In this document: positions 41,741 through 51,326 of the stretch, one piece after another | How positions within the stretch are numbered: the stretch's first letter is position 1 | Layout: the number at the start of each line of letters is the position of its first letter | DNA from: an uncultured bacterium | GTDB lineage: Bacteria; Fidelibacterota; Marinisomatia; Marinisomatales; UBA1611 | DNA: 64,000 nucleotides | Reading direction: 5' to 3' | Assembly (NCBI GenBank): GCA_964525185.1 | Contig: CAZGFQ010000008.1 | Location: 7,603 to 71,602 of the forward strand | Made by a program: the position numbers and the translations under genes | Notes under the pieces: model-generated | What the model was told of the DNA's origin: nothing | Databases searched by the model: none | The model's input: the letters and a program-made list of their open reading frames with translations, nothing else

Positions 41741-42533
41741 TTGGCTCTTCTTTTGTAATTACAAATAAATATTGAAGTCCGCCCAGATCACTATGAATTT
41801 GAACATGAACTGATTTTTGCGAACTCCATCTTTCGTCAAATACAGCTACAACTTTCCCCACAGGAAGCCCGCCAGGATAAATGTTACTAAATCCAGATGT
41901 TACAACGGTATCATCAATTTCAATTTTAACATTTTTCGGAACTTCATTTACGACACAGTAATTCGTATGTAGCCATTGTAAAATGCCTGTTGCACCGCTT
42001 GGAAGCATTTTAACACTTAGCCTATAATTTAGGTCTGACATTAATTGAACTATACAGGAATTGGACCCTACTTCAATGACTTTGCCTACTACACCATTTG
42101 ATGTTAATGCAGGTTGGTTTATTTTTACACCATCCGCCGTACCTACATTTATAGAAACAGACAATAGGTTTGGGTGCATTCCTTTGTTAATGACTTTTGC
42201 TGGTAATATATTTAATTCTGTATCCTCTTTAAAATTTAACATCGTTTTTAAATCAGAATTTTCATGGGCCATGGCAGACATTTTTTCTACCTGAAGTGTG
42301 AGTAAAAATATCCTTTCTTTCAAAAGTTTATTTTCTTCTTCCACCACAAACATTGACTTAGTCCAAGAAACAGGAGAATATATTATATTAAAAACATGTA
42401 ATGCCGCCCCTCTAACGACCAACATTTTCGGAGAATTATTTGATAGTAAAAAAGTTATTGATATTATAAATGAAAGGAAAAAAGCGACATGGTCTTTATG
42501 ACGGACAAGTGCAATGTAAAAGTTGCGCATCAA
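41727..42533 (-). CDS. mreC: Rod shape-determining protein MreC
   Basis: N-terminal anchor, coiled coil (ENKLLKERIFLLTLQVEKM), and C-terminal beta domains (GLPVGKV). Confidence 0.85.
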   Translation of the reverse strand: MMRNFYIALVRHKDHVAFFLSFIISITFLLSNNSPKMLVVRGAALHVFNIIYSPVSWTKSMFVVEEENKLLKERIFLLTLQVEKMSAMAHENSDLKTMLNFKEDTELNILPAKVINKGMHPNLLSVSINVGTADGVKINQPALTSNGVVGKVIEVGSNSCIVQLMSDLNYRLSVKMLPSGATGILQWLHTNYCVVNEVPKNVKIEIDDTVVTSGFSNIYPGGLPVGKVVAVFDERWSSQKSVHVQIHSDLGGLQYLFVITKEEPNDFN

Positions 42534-42539
42534 TCACCG

Positions 42540-43574
42540 TTATAATAAAACTTCTTCGTATTTTTTCAAATTTTCAAGAACCATACCCGTACCACGAACG
42601 ACAGATAATAAAGGTTCTTCTGCAACATTGACTGGGATATTTGTTCTTTCTCTGATAATTTGATCAATACCGCGGAGAAGACTTCCACCTCCAGCTAAAA
42701 TAATTCCTCTTTCTAATATATCAGCTGCAAGTTCAGGTGGAGTATGTTCTAAAGCGCGCTTCACTGCTTCTACTATATTGTTAACTGGATCTTTAAGTGC
42801 TTGACGAATTTCATCTGCAGATACTTCAATTGTTTTTGGAATTCCAGAAACAAGGTCTCTTCCCTTTACCGCAATAGTATCAGCATTGTTATTCCGCATA
42901 GCCGAACCAACTGATTTTTTTATATATTCACTCATTGCAATACCGATTTCTAATTTATGCTCGTTTCGGAACCATTGAAGAACCGCTTCATCCATTTCAT
43001 CGCCAGCAATACGAATAGTCTCTTTAGTTACGACGCCATTTAAAGATATAACTGCTATTTCGGTTGTTCCTCCACCTATATCAACAATAATATTACCTAT
43101 TGGTCTACTAATATCTAACCCAATACCAATTGCAGCAGCAACAGGTTCTTCAATTAAATAAACTTCTTTCGCATTTGCCCGTTCACCTGAATCCTTCACA
43201 GCTCTTCGTTCGACTTCTGTTACTCCAGAAGGAACGCATATAACCATCCTAGGGCGCGCCAAACGGTTTAAATTTATTTTCCTAATAAAACCTTGGAGCA
43301 TACCGTCTGTCATCTTGAAGTCAGCAATAACACCATCTTGTAAGGGCCTAACTGTTTCAATTTCCCTGTGAGTTCTCCCAACCATTTGCTTCGCTTCTTT
43401 TCCAACCGCTACAATTTTATCATTATGCACAGAACGAGCCACGACAGATGGCTCGTTGATGACAATTCCTTTTCCCCTTAGCCAAATCAATGTGTTGGCA
43501 GTACCTAAATCAATGGCTATGTCTCCATAGTTCCAATTCAAAATATTAGGGAGTTTGTTTTTGGGTGACATCAA
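42540..43574 (-). CDS. mreB: Rod shape-determining actin homologue MreB
   Basis: IAIDLGTANT, VICVPSG, DIGGGTTE, LAGGGSLL. Confidence 0.96.
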   Translation of the reverse strand: MMSPKNKLPNILNWNYGDIAIDLGTANTLIWLRGKGIVINEPSVVARSVHNDKIVAVGKEAKQMVGRTHREIETVRPLQDGVIADFKMTDGMLQGFIRKINLNRLARPRMVICVPSGVTEVERRAVKDSGERANAKEVYLIEEPVAAAIGIGLDISRPIGNIIVDIGGGTTEIAVISLNGVVTKETIRIAGDEMDEAVLQWFRNEHKLEIGIAMSEYIKKSVGSAMRNNNADTIAVKGRDLVSGIPKTIEVSADEIRQALKDPVNNIVEAVKRALEHTPPELAADILERGIILAGGGSLLRGIDQIIRERTNIPVNVAEEPLLSVVRGTGMVLENLKKYEEVLL

Positions 43575-43593
43575 ATTAATTCCTAATAGTTTA

Positions 43594-44268
43594 CTAACTG
43601 TTGGTTTGGCTCAGAATTTCTTTGGCTGAATCTTTTAGTTTATCATTAGCAAATTCTTGATCTACAATGTCTTGTGCGATCAATTGGGCATTTTCTATGT
43701 TACCCTGAGATAATTCTAAATGTGCTATATAAAGAGCCAATTCATTTTTTTGATATGACAAGGTTGATTTTGACTTTCCTTTTGTATAAAGTGCAATAGC
43801 TTCTTTAACTGCATTTTCTTTCAATGCAATTTCTGCTAACATAACATATGTTGGCGGGACAAGAGCAGGCACAGATGACGATTTTGCAAATAGCATTAAC
43901 TGAGTTTTCGCATCTGCAAAATTCTTTTGTTCAAAATATATTTTCCCAATATAATAATAGGCTATTTCTCCGGAATCTGTATTTGGATATTTTTGAATTA
44001 TTGATTCAAACTGAACAATTGCATTATCCGTATCACCTTTTTCAGTAGCAACTAACGCTTGGCTTAATACTGAGTTAGCTTCAATATTTTTTGTTTCGTT
44101 GCTATTTGAAATGAATTGATACCCAAAAAATATAACTAATAAAGCAGCGGCAATTTGGAATATTTTTTGACGATTAGCTTCGAAATAGGCTTCAGCTTTA
44201 TCTACTTTTTCTAAGAAAGGATCTTGTTTAATATCTTTTTTTGTAAATTTTTTCTTTGGTTTTAACAT
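43594..44268 (-). CDS. Membrane-anchored TPR protein (YfgM-like)
   Basis: Single TM helix (IFQIAAALLVIFFGYQFI) followed by TPR-like repeats. Confidence 0.6.
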   Translation of the reverse strand: MLKPKKKFTKKDIKQDPFLEKVDKAEAYFEANRQKIFQIAAALLVIFFGYQFISNSNETKNIEANSVLSQALVATEKGDTDNAIVQFESIIQKYPNTDSGEIAYYYIGKIYFEQKNFADAKTQLMLFAKSSSVPALVPPTYVMLAEIALKENAVKEAIALYTKGKSKSTLSYQKNELALYIAHLELSQGNIENAQLIAQDIVDQEFANDKLKDSAKEILSQTNS

Positions 44269-44298
44269 AATGTCCTCAAATCATATAAATTGGTTGTG

Positions 44299-44370
44299 TA
44301 CCCTCGGTAGGAGTCGAACCTACATCTAATCCTTAGGAGGGATTTGTTCTATCCGTTGAACTACGAAGGC
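44299..44370 (-). tRNA. tRNA-Arg (anticodon CCU)
   Basis: Hand fold: acceptor GCCTTCG/CGAGGGT, anticodon arm AATCC-CTCCTAA-GGATT, T-arm GTAGG-TTCGACT-CCTAC. 72 nt. Confidence 0.82.
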
Positions 44371-44435
44371 AATCACAGAAATTACCAATAAAATTTCCCG
44401 TAAAAAAGAAGGATGGTGAAAATACTTTCATATTT

Positions 44436-45437
44436 TTAGTTTTCTGATATTAGTCCTCGTGTCATCAAGTTTGTTACAGCTTGTTTAGGATCTTCATTTT
44501 TAAATAAGATATTATAAACAGCTTCAGAAATAGGCATTTCTATATCGTATTTCATTTTGAGTTGATGAACAGATTTAGCCATTTTTACTCCTTCTGCCAC
44601 CATGTTCATACCATCAAGGATTTGCTGAAGGCTTTGTCCTTGTCCAATTTTTTCCCCAACAAACCGATTCCTAGAATGTTTACTCAAGCACGTAACTATA
44701 ACATCACCAATACCACTTAAACCTTGAAATGTTTCTCGCTTCGCGCCCATTGCAACACCGAGACGTGTCATTTCAAACATCCCGCGAGTCATTAATGCAG
44801 CCTTTGTATTATCACCAAAGCCAATTCCATCACATATTCCTGCAGCAATAGCAAAAACATTTTTTAACGAGCCACCTAGCTCAACTCCTAGAATATCAGT
44901 GTTAGAATAAAGCCTTAATGTGGGAGAAGAAAAAAGTTGTTGGACATTTTTAGCTTTAGCTTCATCAATACATGCCGAAACTAAAGTGGTTGGCATTTCT
45001 AGCGCTACTTCTTCTGCATGACTAGGGCCATAAAGTGTTACAATATTGTTATCATCAACCTTACCCGCATCTTTCACAACTTGACTCATAGTTAATAATG
45101 AATCGTTCTCAATACCTTTAGAAAGGATGACAAAGGTTTGATTCGATAATCCCATATCAAATAATTTTTTCATCAAATCACGTACAAAATGAGATGGGAT
45201 TGCAATAACAATATAGTCTGAGTCTAAAATGTTTTCGTTTAATTCAGATGTTAATCGTATGTTTGGATTTAGTGTTAATTCAACAATAAATGGATGGGTA
45301 TAAGATTCTTGGATTTGGGCAATTTCTGAATCAAATTTGCTCCATAAAATCACATTGTGACCAATCTCAGCTAAATGGTGAGCAATAGTCGCACCCCATG
45401 AGCCCGCTCCAAGAACTGCTATTTTTTTCTGTTTAAT
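44436..45437 (-). CDS. gpsA: NAD(P)H-dependent glycerol-3-phosphate dehydrogenase, probable AUU/AUC start
   Basis: GpsA-like throughout. The track ORF starts at GTG 45353, but the in-frame upstream codons encode KKIAVLGAGSWGATIAHHL (Rossmann GxGxxG). An in-frame TAG sits at 45459-45461. Only ATC (45440), ATT (45437) and ATA are available as starts. Confidence 0.8.
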   Translation of the reverse strand: MKQKKIAVLGAGSWGATIAHHLAEIGHNVILWSKFDSEIAQIQESYTHPFIVELTLNPNIRLTSELNENILDSDYIVIAIPSHFVRDLMKKLFDMGLSNQTFVILSKGIENDSLLTMSQVVKDAGKVDDNNIVTLYGPSHAEEVALEMPTTLVSACIDEAKAKNVQQLFSSPTLRLYSNTDILGVELGGSLKNVFAIAAGICDGIGFGDNTKAALMTRGMFEMTRLGVAMGAKRETFQGLSGIGDVIVTCLSKHSRNRFVGEKIGQGQSLQQILDGMNMVAEGVKMAKSVHQLKMKYDIEMPISEAVYNILFKNEDPKQAVTNLMTRGLISEN

Positions 45438-45473
45438 GATATTCTCTAATAGTAAATGCTATATAAACAAAAT

Positions 45474-47303
45474 TTAATTGTCTGCATACAACTTGTTAAT
45501 ACTATCTTCCCAATTTCCGTACACTTTTTTTCTTTTTATTTTAAAGGTTGGTGTTAATTCATTATCGGCTATAGTGAAATCACGTGGTAAAACAGTAAAT
45601 TTTCTAACATTTTCAACACGAGCGAAAAGTTTATTCACATCGTCTACCCCATTTTGTACTTCTTGAATTACATCAGTATCTGAACAAAATTCAGAATAGG
45701 ATCGATTATGTTTTTCAAATTCTGTAATCAATTCTGTCGGCGGAATTCCGGTTATATCAATATTTAGTTTTTCTCGAAGCAAGTATCCTGCATCTAAAGT
45801 TATTAATGCTGTAACATAATTTCGCTGATCTCCAATAATGACAGCTTGCGACACGATTGGTATGCTTTTTAATTGTTCTTCAATTCCTGCGGGTGCAATG
45901 TTTTTTCCACCAGATGTAACAATGATTTCTTTCTTTCGTCCAGTAATATATAGGTAGCCATCTTCATCAAATTTCCCAAGATCACCAGAATAAAGCCATC
46001 CATCAATTAAACATTCATCCGTGGCAGCTTTATCTTTGTAATACCCTTTAAATACATGGCGACCTTTTAATAAGATTTCCCCATCTTCAGCGATTTTCAC
46101 TTTTGTTCCAGGGTATATTGGCCCTGTGGAACCCATTTTAGTTGCATCTGGTTGATTGAAAGTCGTAGGGCCACTTCCCTCAGATTGTCCATAGATTTCT
46201 AAAATTGGAATATCTAGACTTGCGAAAAATGTGAGAATATCCGCATTGATAGGTGCTGCCCCTGAAAAAGCAAAACGTAAATTTGAAAGCCCAACCGCTT
46301 CCTTCACTTTTGAATAAACTAATTTATTTGCTAAGCTATAGCCAAATCCTTCATTAGTTTCTCCTTTAAATTTCGCAAGGTTTGCAGCTAGGCCCTTATT
46401 CATAGCAAATGACATTATTTTAGCTTTGAGACCTGTTGCTGAGTCTACTTTTTCTTTAATACCTGAATAGAATTTTTCCCAAACTCTTGGAACACCAAAT
46501 AAAATACTGGGGTTCACTTCTTTTAAGTTGGTTAAGACATCTAAGCGCCCAGTAGCAAAATAAACTTTCCACCCAGCGATTGCTGGTGCATGTAGAGTAA
46601 ACATTTGTTCAGCAATATGCGACAATGGTAGGTAAGATAAACTTGTATCATCAGGAGATAAGTTTATGAGGTCAATAGCCTGTTTTGCTGTCCAAGTCAT
46701 ATTATCATTCGATAACATTACTGCTTTTGGTGGTCCAGTGGTTCCAGATGTATATATAAATGTAGCAACATCATCTTTCTGCAATTTTTCCATAGATTCA
46801 AATGCAGTATTTCTATTACTATCATTGGAAAGATTCATAAAAGAATCCCAATCAATAACTAGATTGTCATCGATTTCATCACACCCTTCCATAAGAACCA
46901 CTTTTTCTAAATGAGTGAGATCATTTCTGACTTCATTTATCTTTTGCCACTGTTCAGTATCTTCTATAAGGAGGACTTTTGCCTCAGAGTGGTTTAGGAT
47001 ATATAAAATTTCTTCTGGTGAACATGTTTCATAAATCCCAGCGGGTATTGCTCCAGTCATCATAGCAGCCATATCCATTGTAACCCAATTATAATTATTA
47101 AACCCTAGGATACACACTTTATCACCAGTGGAACATCCCAAAGATACCAGCGACCCTGCAGCCTTATGAACATCTTCACTATAAGTGATCCATGAAATTT
47201 CACTCCATTTATTATCTTTCTTATAGGAGAATGCAGGCTTTTCCCCATTTACTTCTGCTTGATTGAATAGAAAATGTACTGATGAAATTGGATGGTCAAT
47301 CAT
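45474..47303 (-). CDS. Long-chain-fatty-acid--CoA ligase (AMP-forming, ANL superfamily)
   Basis: YTSGTTGPPKAV AMP-binding motif, GYYKDKAAT, TGDLG-like SGDLGKFDEDGYLYITGRKKE. The start is moved to the internal ATG at 47303 because the longer ORF overlaps tRNA-Leu. Confidence 0.85.
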   Translation of the reverse strand: MIDHPISSVHFLFNQAEVNGEKPAFSYKKDNKWSEISWITYSEDVHKAAGSLVSLGCSTGDKVCILGFNNYNWVTMDMAAMMTGAIPAGIYETCSPEEILYILNHSEAKVLLIEDTEQWQKINEVRNDLTHLEKVVLMEGCDEIDDNLVIDWDSFMNLSNDSNRNTAFESMEKLQKDDVATFIYTSGTTGPPKAVMLSNDNMTWTAKQAIDLINLSPDDTSLSYLPLSHIAEQMFTLHAPAIAGWKVYFATGRLDVLTNLKEVNPSILFGVPRVWEKFYSGIKEKVDSATGLKAKIMSFAMNKGLAANLAKFKGETNEGFGYSLANKLVYSKVKEAVGLSNLRFAFSGAAPINADILTFFASLDIPILEIYGQSEGSGPTTFNQPDATKMGSTGPIYPGTKVKIAEDGEILLKGRHVFKGYYKDKAATDECLIDGWLYSGDLGKFDEDGYLYITGRKKEIIVTSGGKNIAPAGIEEQLKSIPIVSQAVIIGDQRNYVTALITLDAGYLLREKLNIDITGIPPTELITEFEKHNRSYSEFCSDTDVIQEVQNGVDDVNKLFARVENVRKFTVLPRDFTIADNELTPTFKIKRKKVYGNWEDSINKLYADN

Positions 47304-47449
47304 GATAATCCTTTTGGCTAATGAGTTAATAACGATAGACAATTTAGGACATTCATATTTGTTTCTCAAGTACACAGAATGCGGTTGAATTCGTATTGAC
47401 TCAATGTAAACACGCAAGTAATTTCCGAGCCCTATCAATGATAATATAT

Positions 47450-47533
47450 GCCGGGGTGGTGGAATTGGTAGACACGCTGGTCTCAAACACCAGTGGGAGT
47501 AATCCCGTGTCGGTTCGAGTCCGACCCTCGGTA
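47450..47533 (+). tRNA. tRNA-Leu (anticodon CAA)
   Basis: Hand fold: acceptor GCCGGGG/CCTCGGT, anticodon arm CTGGT-CTCAAAC-ACCAG, long variable arm, T-loop GGTTCGAGTCC. The only plus-strand gene in the window. Confidence 0.9.
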
Positions 47534-47638
47534 CATCTTTTTTAGTATTTTTTAATGTTTATTATTTTCTTGCATATTATCAAATAAACAAATATTTTAA
47601 CGATGAAGGTGCTGGTTTGGTACCTTTGGTATGTGGAA

Positions 47639-47684
47639 GGGGTAGATATTCACTTTGTCCCGAGGTCAATGTGAAATCTGCCCC
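47639..47684. terminator. Strong hairpin (14 bp with one bulge, 17-nt loop) in the convergent tRNA-Leu / purL-like intergenic region
   Basis: GGGGTAGATATTCAC ... GTGAAATCTGCCCC paired by hand. On the plus strand it is followed by AAATATTTTATATT. It lies where plus- and minus-strand transcription converge. Confidence 0.4.
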
Positions 47685-47875
47685 AAATATTTTATATTGC
47701 GACATAAATTATACGATTAGCATATCTGGTTATTCCCTAATATTGTTGAATATACCGTTTATGATAAAACTTAATATATAACTTTAACAACACCCTACTA
47801 ATTGATTCAGCTTTTAAGTATTACTCTATATTAAAAATATCGTTTCAGTGAAAAATCCTAAGATAGAGCAACCTT

Positions 47876-49666
47876 TTATAGTGATACATTTATATAATCA
47901 TTAATTATGATCTGGTGAGTATCTATCATCCTTCCTATCGTAGAACTTGATGCATTGTTTTTCATGCAAATCCGTTGAAATTCCATCAAATTTTTCTCAT
48001 TTAATACGACTAAAAAAGTTCCAAACTGCTCCCCAAATATAAGTTCAAGTGGCTTCATTTTTCGTGAAATATATACTTTAATACCAAATCGATTATCTTT
48101 GTGCCTGATCAACTTTTCTAATGCAATCATTAATCCGCCATTTAGGATAGGGATGCTTGATTTAATTATATTTTCCTTCAAACAATAGTTAATAGTATTG
48201 TAGATATTTGTTTCAACATTTGGTATAGGAGCTTTAGGTTCTTTAAATTGTTTTAATTCCAACCACTCTACAACCTTCGAGTTTATTAATTGCCCTTTAA
48301 GAACACCTACAACTGATATGAAATAGTTAGTTTCGCTAGAAAGAGTATTGCTTAAAAGAAGATTGTTATTATGACTTATAAGGCAAGATATCAGTATTTT
48401 TGATATAGAATCAGTATAGCGAACATTGATTGTATATGCGATATTCAAGGCCGATAGAATATCAGTAACTTTATTATTGAATGTTTGGAATTCATCAGAT
48501 TCACATATAGTTGAAAAATGTAAATCAATACACATGTGTTTTATAATGACCCCGTTAGAAATCTGTTCACCCAAAATAGTATATATATATTTTAGATATA
48601 AGTCATTTGTAAATGGCAATAAAATATGTGTGGATGCAATTACAGTTACAGATTCTTTAACTAAAGTATGGACTATTGTTTTGTTATTTTGTTTTCTTAA
48701 ATATTTAGAAAATTCTAAATATATCTTGGCTAATTTTCTTTTTCCAATTGTTGGAATATTTTGGGGTTTAACTTTATAATTATCTTTAATTAAATCACTA
48801 GATGTATATGATGATTGTAATGAGAATATAGATTTTGGTAGTTTAACATAATTAGACTTTTTTTGAAAATAGTGCAAATAGGGATCATCATTAAATTGAC
48901 CAAATAATTCTACTTTGTAATTATTTTTTGAAAAATGGCTCGTGACTTTTTTTACATATTTCTTAGGAACCACTAAAATAGCATAGTTTTTTCTATCATT
49001 AATTATATTTTCATGGACTGTTACACCTGTATTTTTATTTTGGATGAATTGGAACACCAATTCACCAATATTTCTATCCGTATAATAACTATGTTTTAGT
49101 AGGCCATTAGTCATAAGATCGTTAATTATAAGTGCCATTCGTTTTTCACCAACCAAAGACTTTTTAGGGTTTGGCAACTGAACTGATAATATTTGATCAG
49201 TGGAGTTGAATATATGTTTAATATTATCATTCTCGGCGAAGGCTTCAACTTCGATTTCACCACTCATCTTTCTTTTAGCATTATGGGGTATTTCAAAAAC
49301 TACTTTGTGAATATTAAGAGATTTGACTCTACGTAATAAAGTTTCTTGTATTTTATTCATCAAATTAACAGGCGGTTTAAACAGGAATGAATAAACTATC
49401 CATTTGGGTTCTTTCCCATTGCAAGAAAATTTTAAGATTGAAGAATCATTTTTATATTTATATTTTCCATCTGTAGTATAATAAATGGTTCCTTTCATTT
49501 TTATAATAAAATTTTTCTGTATTCTATTTTGATTAATAGCAAAATGTCGATTGAGCTTTTCCTTAACCAAACATTTATCTAATAAATCTAGTTCTTTTTG
49601 AATTGGTTTTCGGCCTAAGCAATAATCAAAATATTCTAAATCTTCTTTTGTGAATGGGATGATCAT
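47876..49666 (-). CDS. Degenerate PurL-fold (FGAM synthase II / AIR-synthase-related) protein, probably non-catalytic
   Basis: 596 aa. The N-terminal CLGRKPIQKELDLL resembles the PurL LGRxPxxxEL. C-terminal NGGLMIALEKL...ELIFGEQFGTFLVVL...STIGRM resembles the AIRS_C pattern (GGL..aL.E ... LFsEs.gr.vv ... iG.v). The SEHCSYK, ESHNHP, GGIIRD and DLGAGG motifs are absent. ATGA overlap with the recX stop. Confidence 0.5.
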   Translation of the reverse strand: MIIPFTKEDLEYFDYCLGRKPIQKELDLLDKCLVKEKLNRHFAINQNRIQKNFIIKMKGTIYYTTDGKYKYKNDSSILKFSCNGKEPKWIVYSFLFKPPVNLMNKIQETLLRRVKSLNIHKVVFEIPHNAKRKMSGEIEVEAFAENDNIKHIFNSTDQILSVQLPNPKKSLVGEKRMALIINDLMTNGLLKHSYYTDRNIGELVFQFIQNKNTGVTVHENIINDRKNYAILVVPKKYVKKVTSHFSKNNYKVELFGQFNDDPYLHYFQKKSNYVKLPKSIFSLQSSYTSSDLIKDNYKVKPQNIPTIGKRKLAKIYLEFSKYLRKQNNKTIVHTLVKESVTVIASTHILLPFTNDLYLKYIYTILGEQISNGVIIKHMCIDLHFSTICESDEFQTFNNKVTDILSALNIAYTINVRYTDSISKILISCLISHNNNLLLSNTLSSETNYFISVVGVLKGQLINSKVVEWLELKQFKEPKAPIPNVETNIYNTINYCLKENIIKSSIPILNGGLMIALEKLIRHKDNRFGIKVYISRKMKPLELIFGEQFGTFLVVLNEKNLMEFQRICMKNNASSSTIGRMIDTHQIIINDYINVSL

Positions 49667-50286
49667 ATTAGATTATTCTCTAATAATTTTGCTTCAATAT
49701 CAATCCAACTAAATCCCTTTCTTTTTAGGAAATTAATTAATTTAGTTTTTGATTTATTATCTAGTGCTTGATTTGGATTTATTTTTTTCTTATCTATCAG
49801 AGATTGAATTAGGTCTGCAATAGGATATTGCTTATATATATTTTCAATTGCGCTCTCTACGTATCTATTATCTACATGAAATTTAATTAAGGACGATTTT
49901 AATGCTAATGGTCCTAATTTTTTTAAAAAGACTTGGTCTCTAACGTAAGACTCTATAAATGACTGATCATCAATTAGGTCCAGATTTTCCAATTCTGTCA
50001 AGACAGGTAAAATATATTTAATGGGATATTTTTTATCTAATAATCGAGTTTTTAGCTCATGTTTACTTCTTGCGCGGTAACTAAGAAGTAAATATGCAGA
50101 TTCTTTTATTTTAGATATATTTTCACGCTCTAGCAGTTTAGACAACGCCTTATCTTCTATAGAGTCACCAATAGCTAGTCCACTAGAAATAAAAACGCCT
50201 TCAGATACCCCGAAGACGTTTCCATTATTTAAAGTGATTGTGTATCGCGCTCGGCGTTTTTGTCTCTGAATATTATTTATTTTCAC
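49663..50286 (-). CDS. recX: Recombination regulator RecX
   Basis: Three-repeat helical protein of 207 aa ([24 protein letters not shown]...) immediately after recA, with a 14-nt overlap. Confidence 0.8.
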   Translation of the reverse strand: MKINNIQRQKRRARYTITLNNGNVFGVSEGVFISSGLAIGDSIEDKALSKLLERENISKIKESAYLLLSYRARSKHELKTRLLDKKYPIKYILPVLTELENLDLIDDQSFIESYVRDQVFLKKLGPLALKSSLIKFHVDNRYVESAIENIYKQYPIADLIQSLIDKKKINPNQALDNKSKTKLINFLKRKGFSWIDIEAKLLENNLI

Positions 50287-51307
50287 CTTTGGGCTTTTCA
50301 GATTCTTCCGTTAAACCCATGAATGATTTCACTTTATCAATAATTTCATTCATGACTTCAGGATTCTCTTTTAAGTAATTTTTAGCATTTTCACGACCTT
50401 GTCCAATTTTCCCATCACCATAACTGAACCATGCTCCCATTTTTTCAATTATATTTCCTGCAATAGCTAAATCAATAATATCACCTTCTGTTGAAATGCC
50501 TTGACCAAACATAATATCGAACTCTGTATTTTTGAATGGTGGAGCTACTTTGTTTTTAACAACTTTTACTCTAACACGATTACCTACAGGGTTTGCGCCA
50601 TCCTTTAAAGTCGTTATTCGGCGAATTTCCATACGTTGTGATGAATAAAATTTTAGTGCTCGACCTCCAGGAGTAGTTTCTGGATTACCGAACATGACAC
50701 CAATTTTCATTCTGATTTGGTTAATAAATATTACAGCTGTATTGGATCGATTAACTGTACCCGTTAATTTCCGTAGAGCTTGACTCATAAGTCGTGCTTG
50801 TAAACCAACGTGTGTATCACCCATATCTCCTTCTAGTTCTGCCCGAGGTACTAGAGCAGCTACAGAATCAATTACAATGACATCTAATGCGCCACTTCTG
50901 ACAAGTGTTTCTGTTATTTCTAATGCCTCTTCACCTGAATCGGGTTGTGAAATCAATAATTCATCTACATCAACGCCTAAGGCTTTTGAATATTCTGGAT
51001 CTAATGCGTGTTCTGCATCAATAAATGCAGCATATCCGCCAGCTTTTTGAGCTTCTGCGACTATATGTAAGGCTAAAGTAGTCTTTCCTGAAGATTCGGG
51101 TCCATAGACTTCAATGATACGTCCTTTTGGAATTCCGCCTACACCTAATGCAACATCAAGTGATAAACATCCTGTAGAAATAACATTATCAGATAAAATA
51201 GGCCTTTCTTGACCCATTTTCATTAATGACCCTTTCCCAAATTGTCGATCTATTTGAGTTATCGCTAAATCAATAGCTTTTTCTTTTTTCTTACTTTTAT
51301 CTGCCAT
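50273..51307 (-). CDS. recA: Recombinase RecA
   Basis: GPESSGKTT Walker [49 protein letters not shown] lies 7 nt upstream of the ATG. Confidence 0.98.
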   Translation of the reverse strand: MADKSKKKEKAIDLAITQIDRQFGKGSLMKMGQERPILSDNVISTGCLSLDVALGVGGIPKGRIIEVYGPESSGKTTLALHIVAEAQKAGGYAAFIDAEHALDPEYSKALGVDVDELLISQPDSGEEALEITETLVRSGALDVIVIDSVAALVPRAELEGDMGDTHVGLQARLMSQALRKLTGTVNRSNTAVIFINQIRMKIGVMFGNPETTPGGRALKFYSSQRMEIRRITTLKDGANPVGNRVRVKVVKNKVAPPFKNTEFDIMFGQGISTEGDIIDLAIAGNIIEKMGAWFSYGDGKIGQGRENAKNYLKENPEVMNEIIDKVKSFMGLTEESEKPKGENK

Positions 51308-51326
51308 TTATATGCTCCTGTTTTGA

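Noticed and set aside
47304-47486. N-terminal extension of 61 aa on the acyl-CoA ligase ORF (MRPACLPIPPPRH...).
   Set aside because: The extension runs antisense through tRNA-Leu(CAA) (47450-47533) and has no ANL-family similarity. The internal ATG at 47303 gives a normal N-terminus.
44300-47533. An identical 10-mer, ACCCTCGGTA, occurs on the plus strand at 44300-44309 (inside tRNA-Arg) and at 47524-47533 (inside tRNA-Leu), flanking gpsA and the acyl-CoA ligase.
   Set aside because: Both copies are acceptor/T-arm sequence of oppositely oriented tRNAs. The enclosed genes are core metabolism, so this is most likely coincidence rather than att-like repeats.
47603-47674. A 23-codon plus-strand small ORF (MKVLVWYLWYVEGVDIHFVPRSM) in the G+C-richer island.
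   Set aside because: There is no ribosome-binding site and it overlaps the strong hairpin. It is too short to evaluate without conservation data.
47450-49666. tRNA-Leu-adjacent region considered as a genomic-island integration site, given the AT-rich 596-aa ORF next to a tRNA.
   Set aside because: I found no integrase, no direct repeat of the tRNA 3-prime end, and no mobility genes. The ORF also overlaps the recX stop (ATGA), which argues for a resident operon member rather than an insertion.
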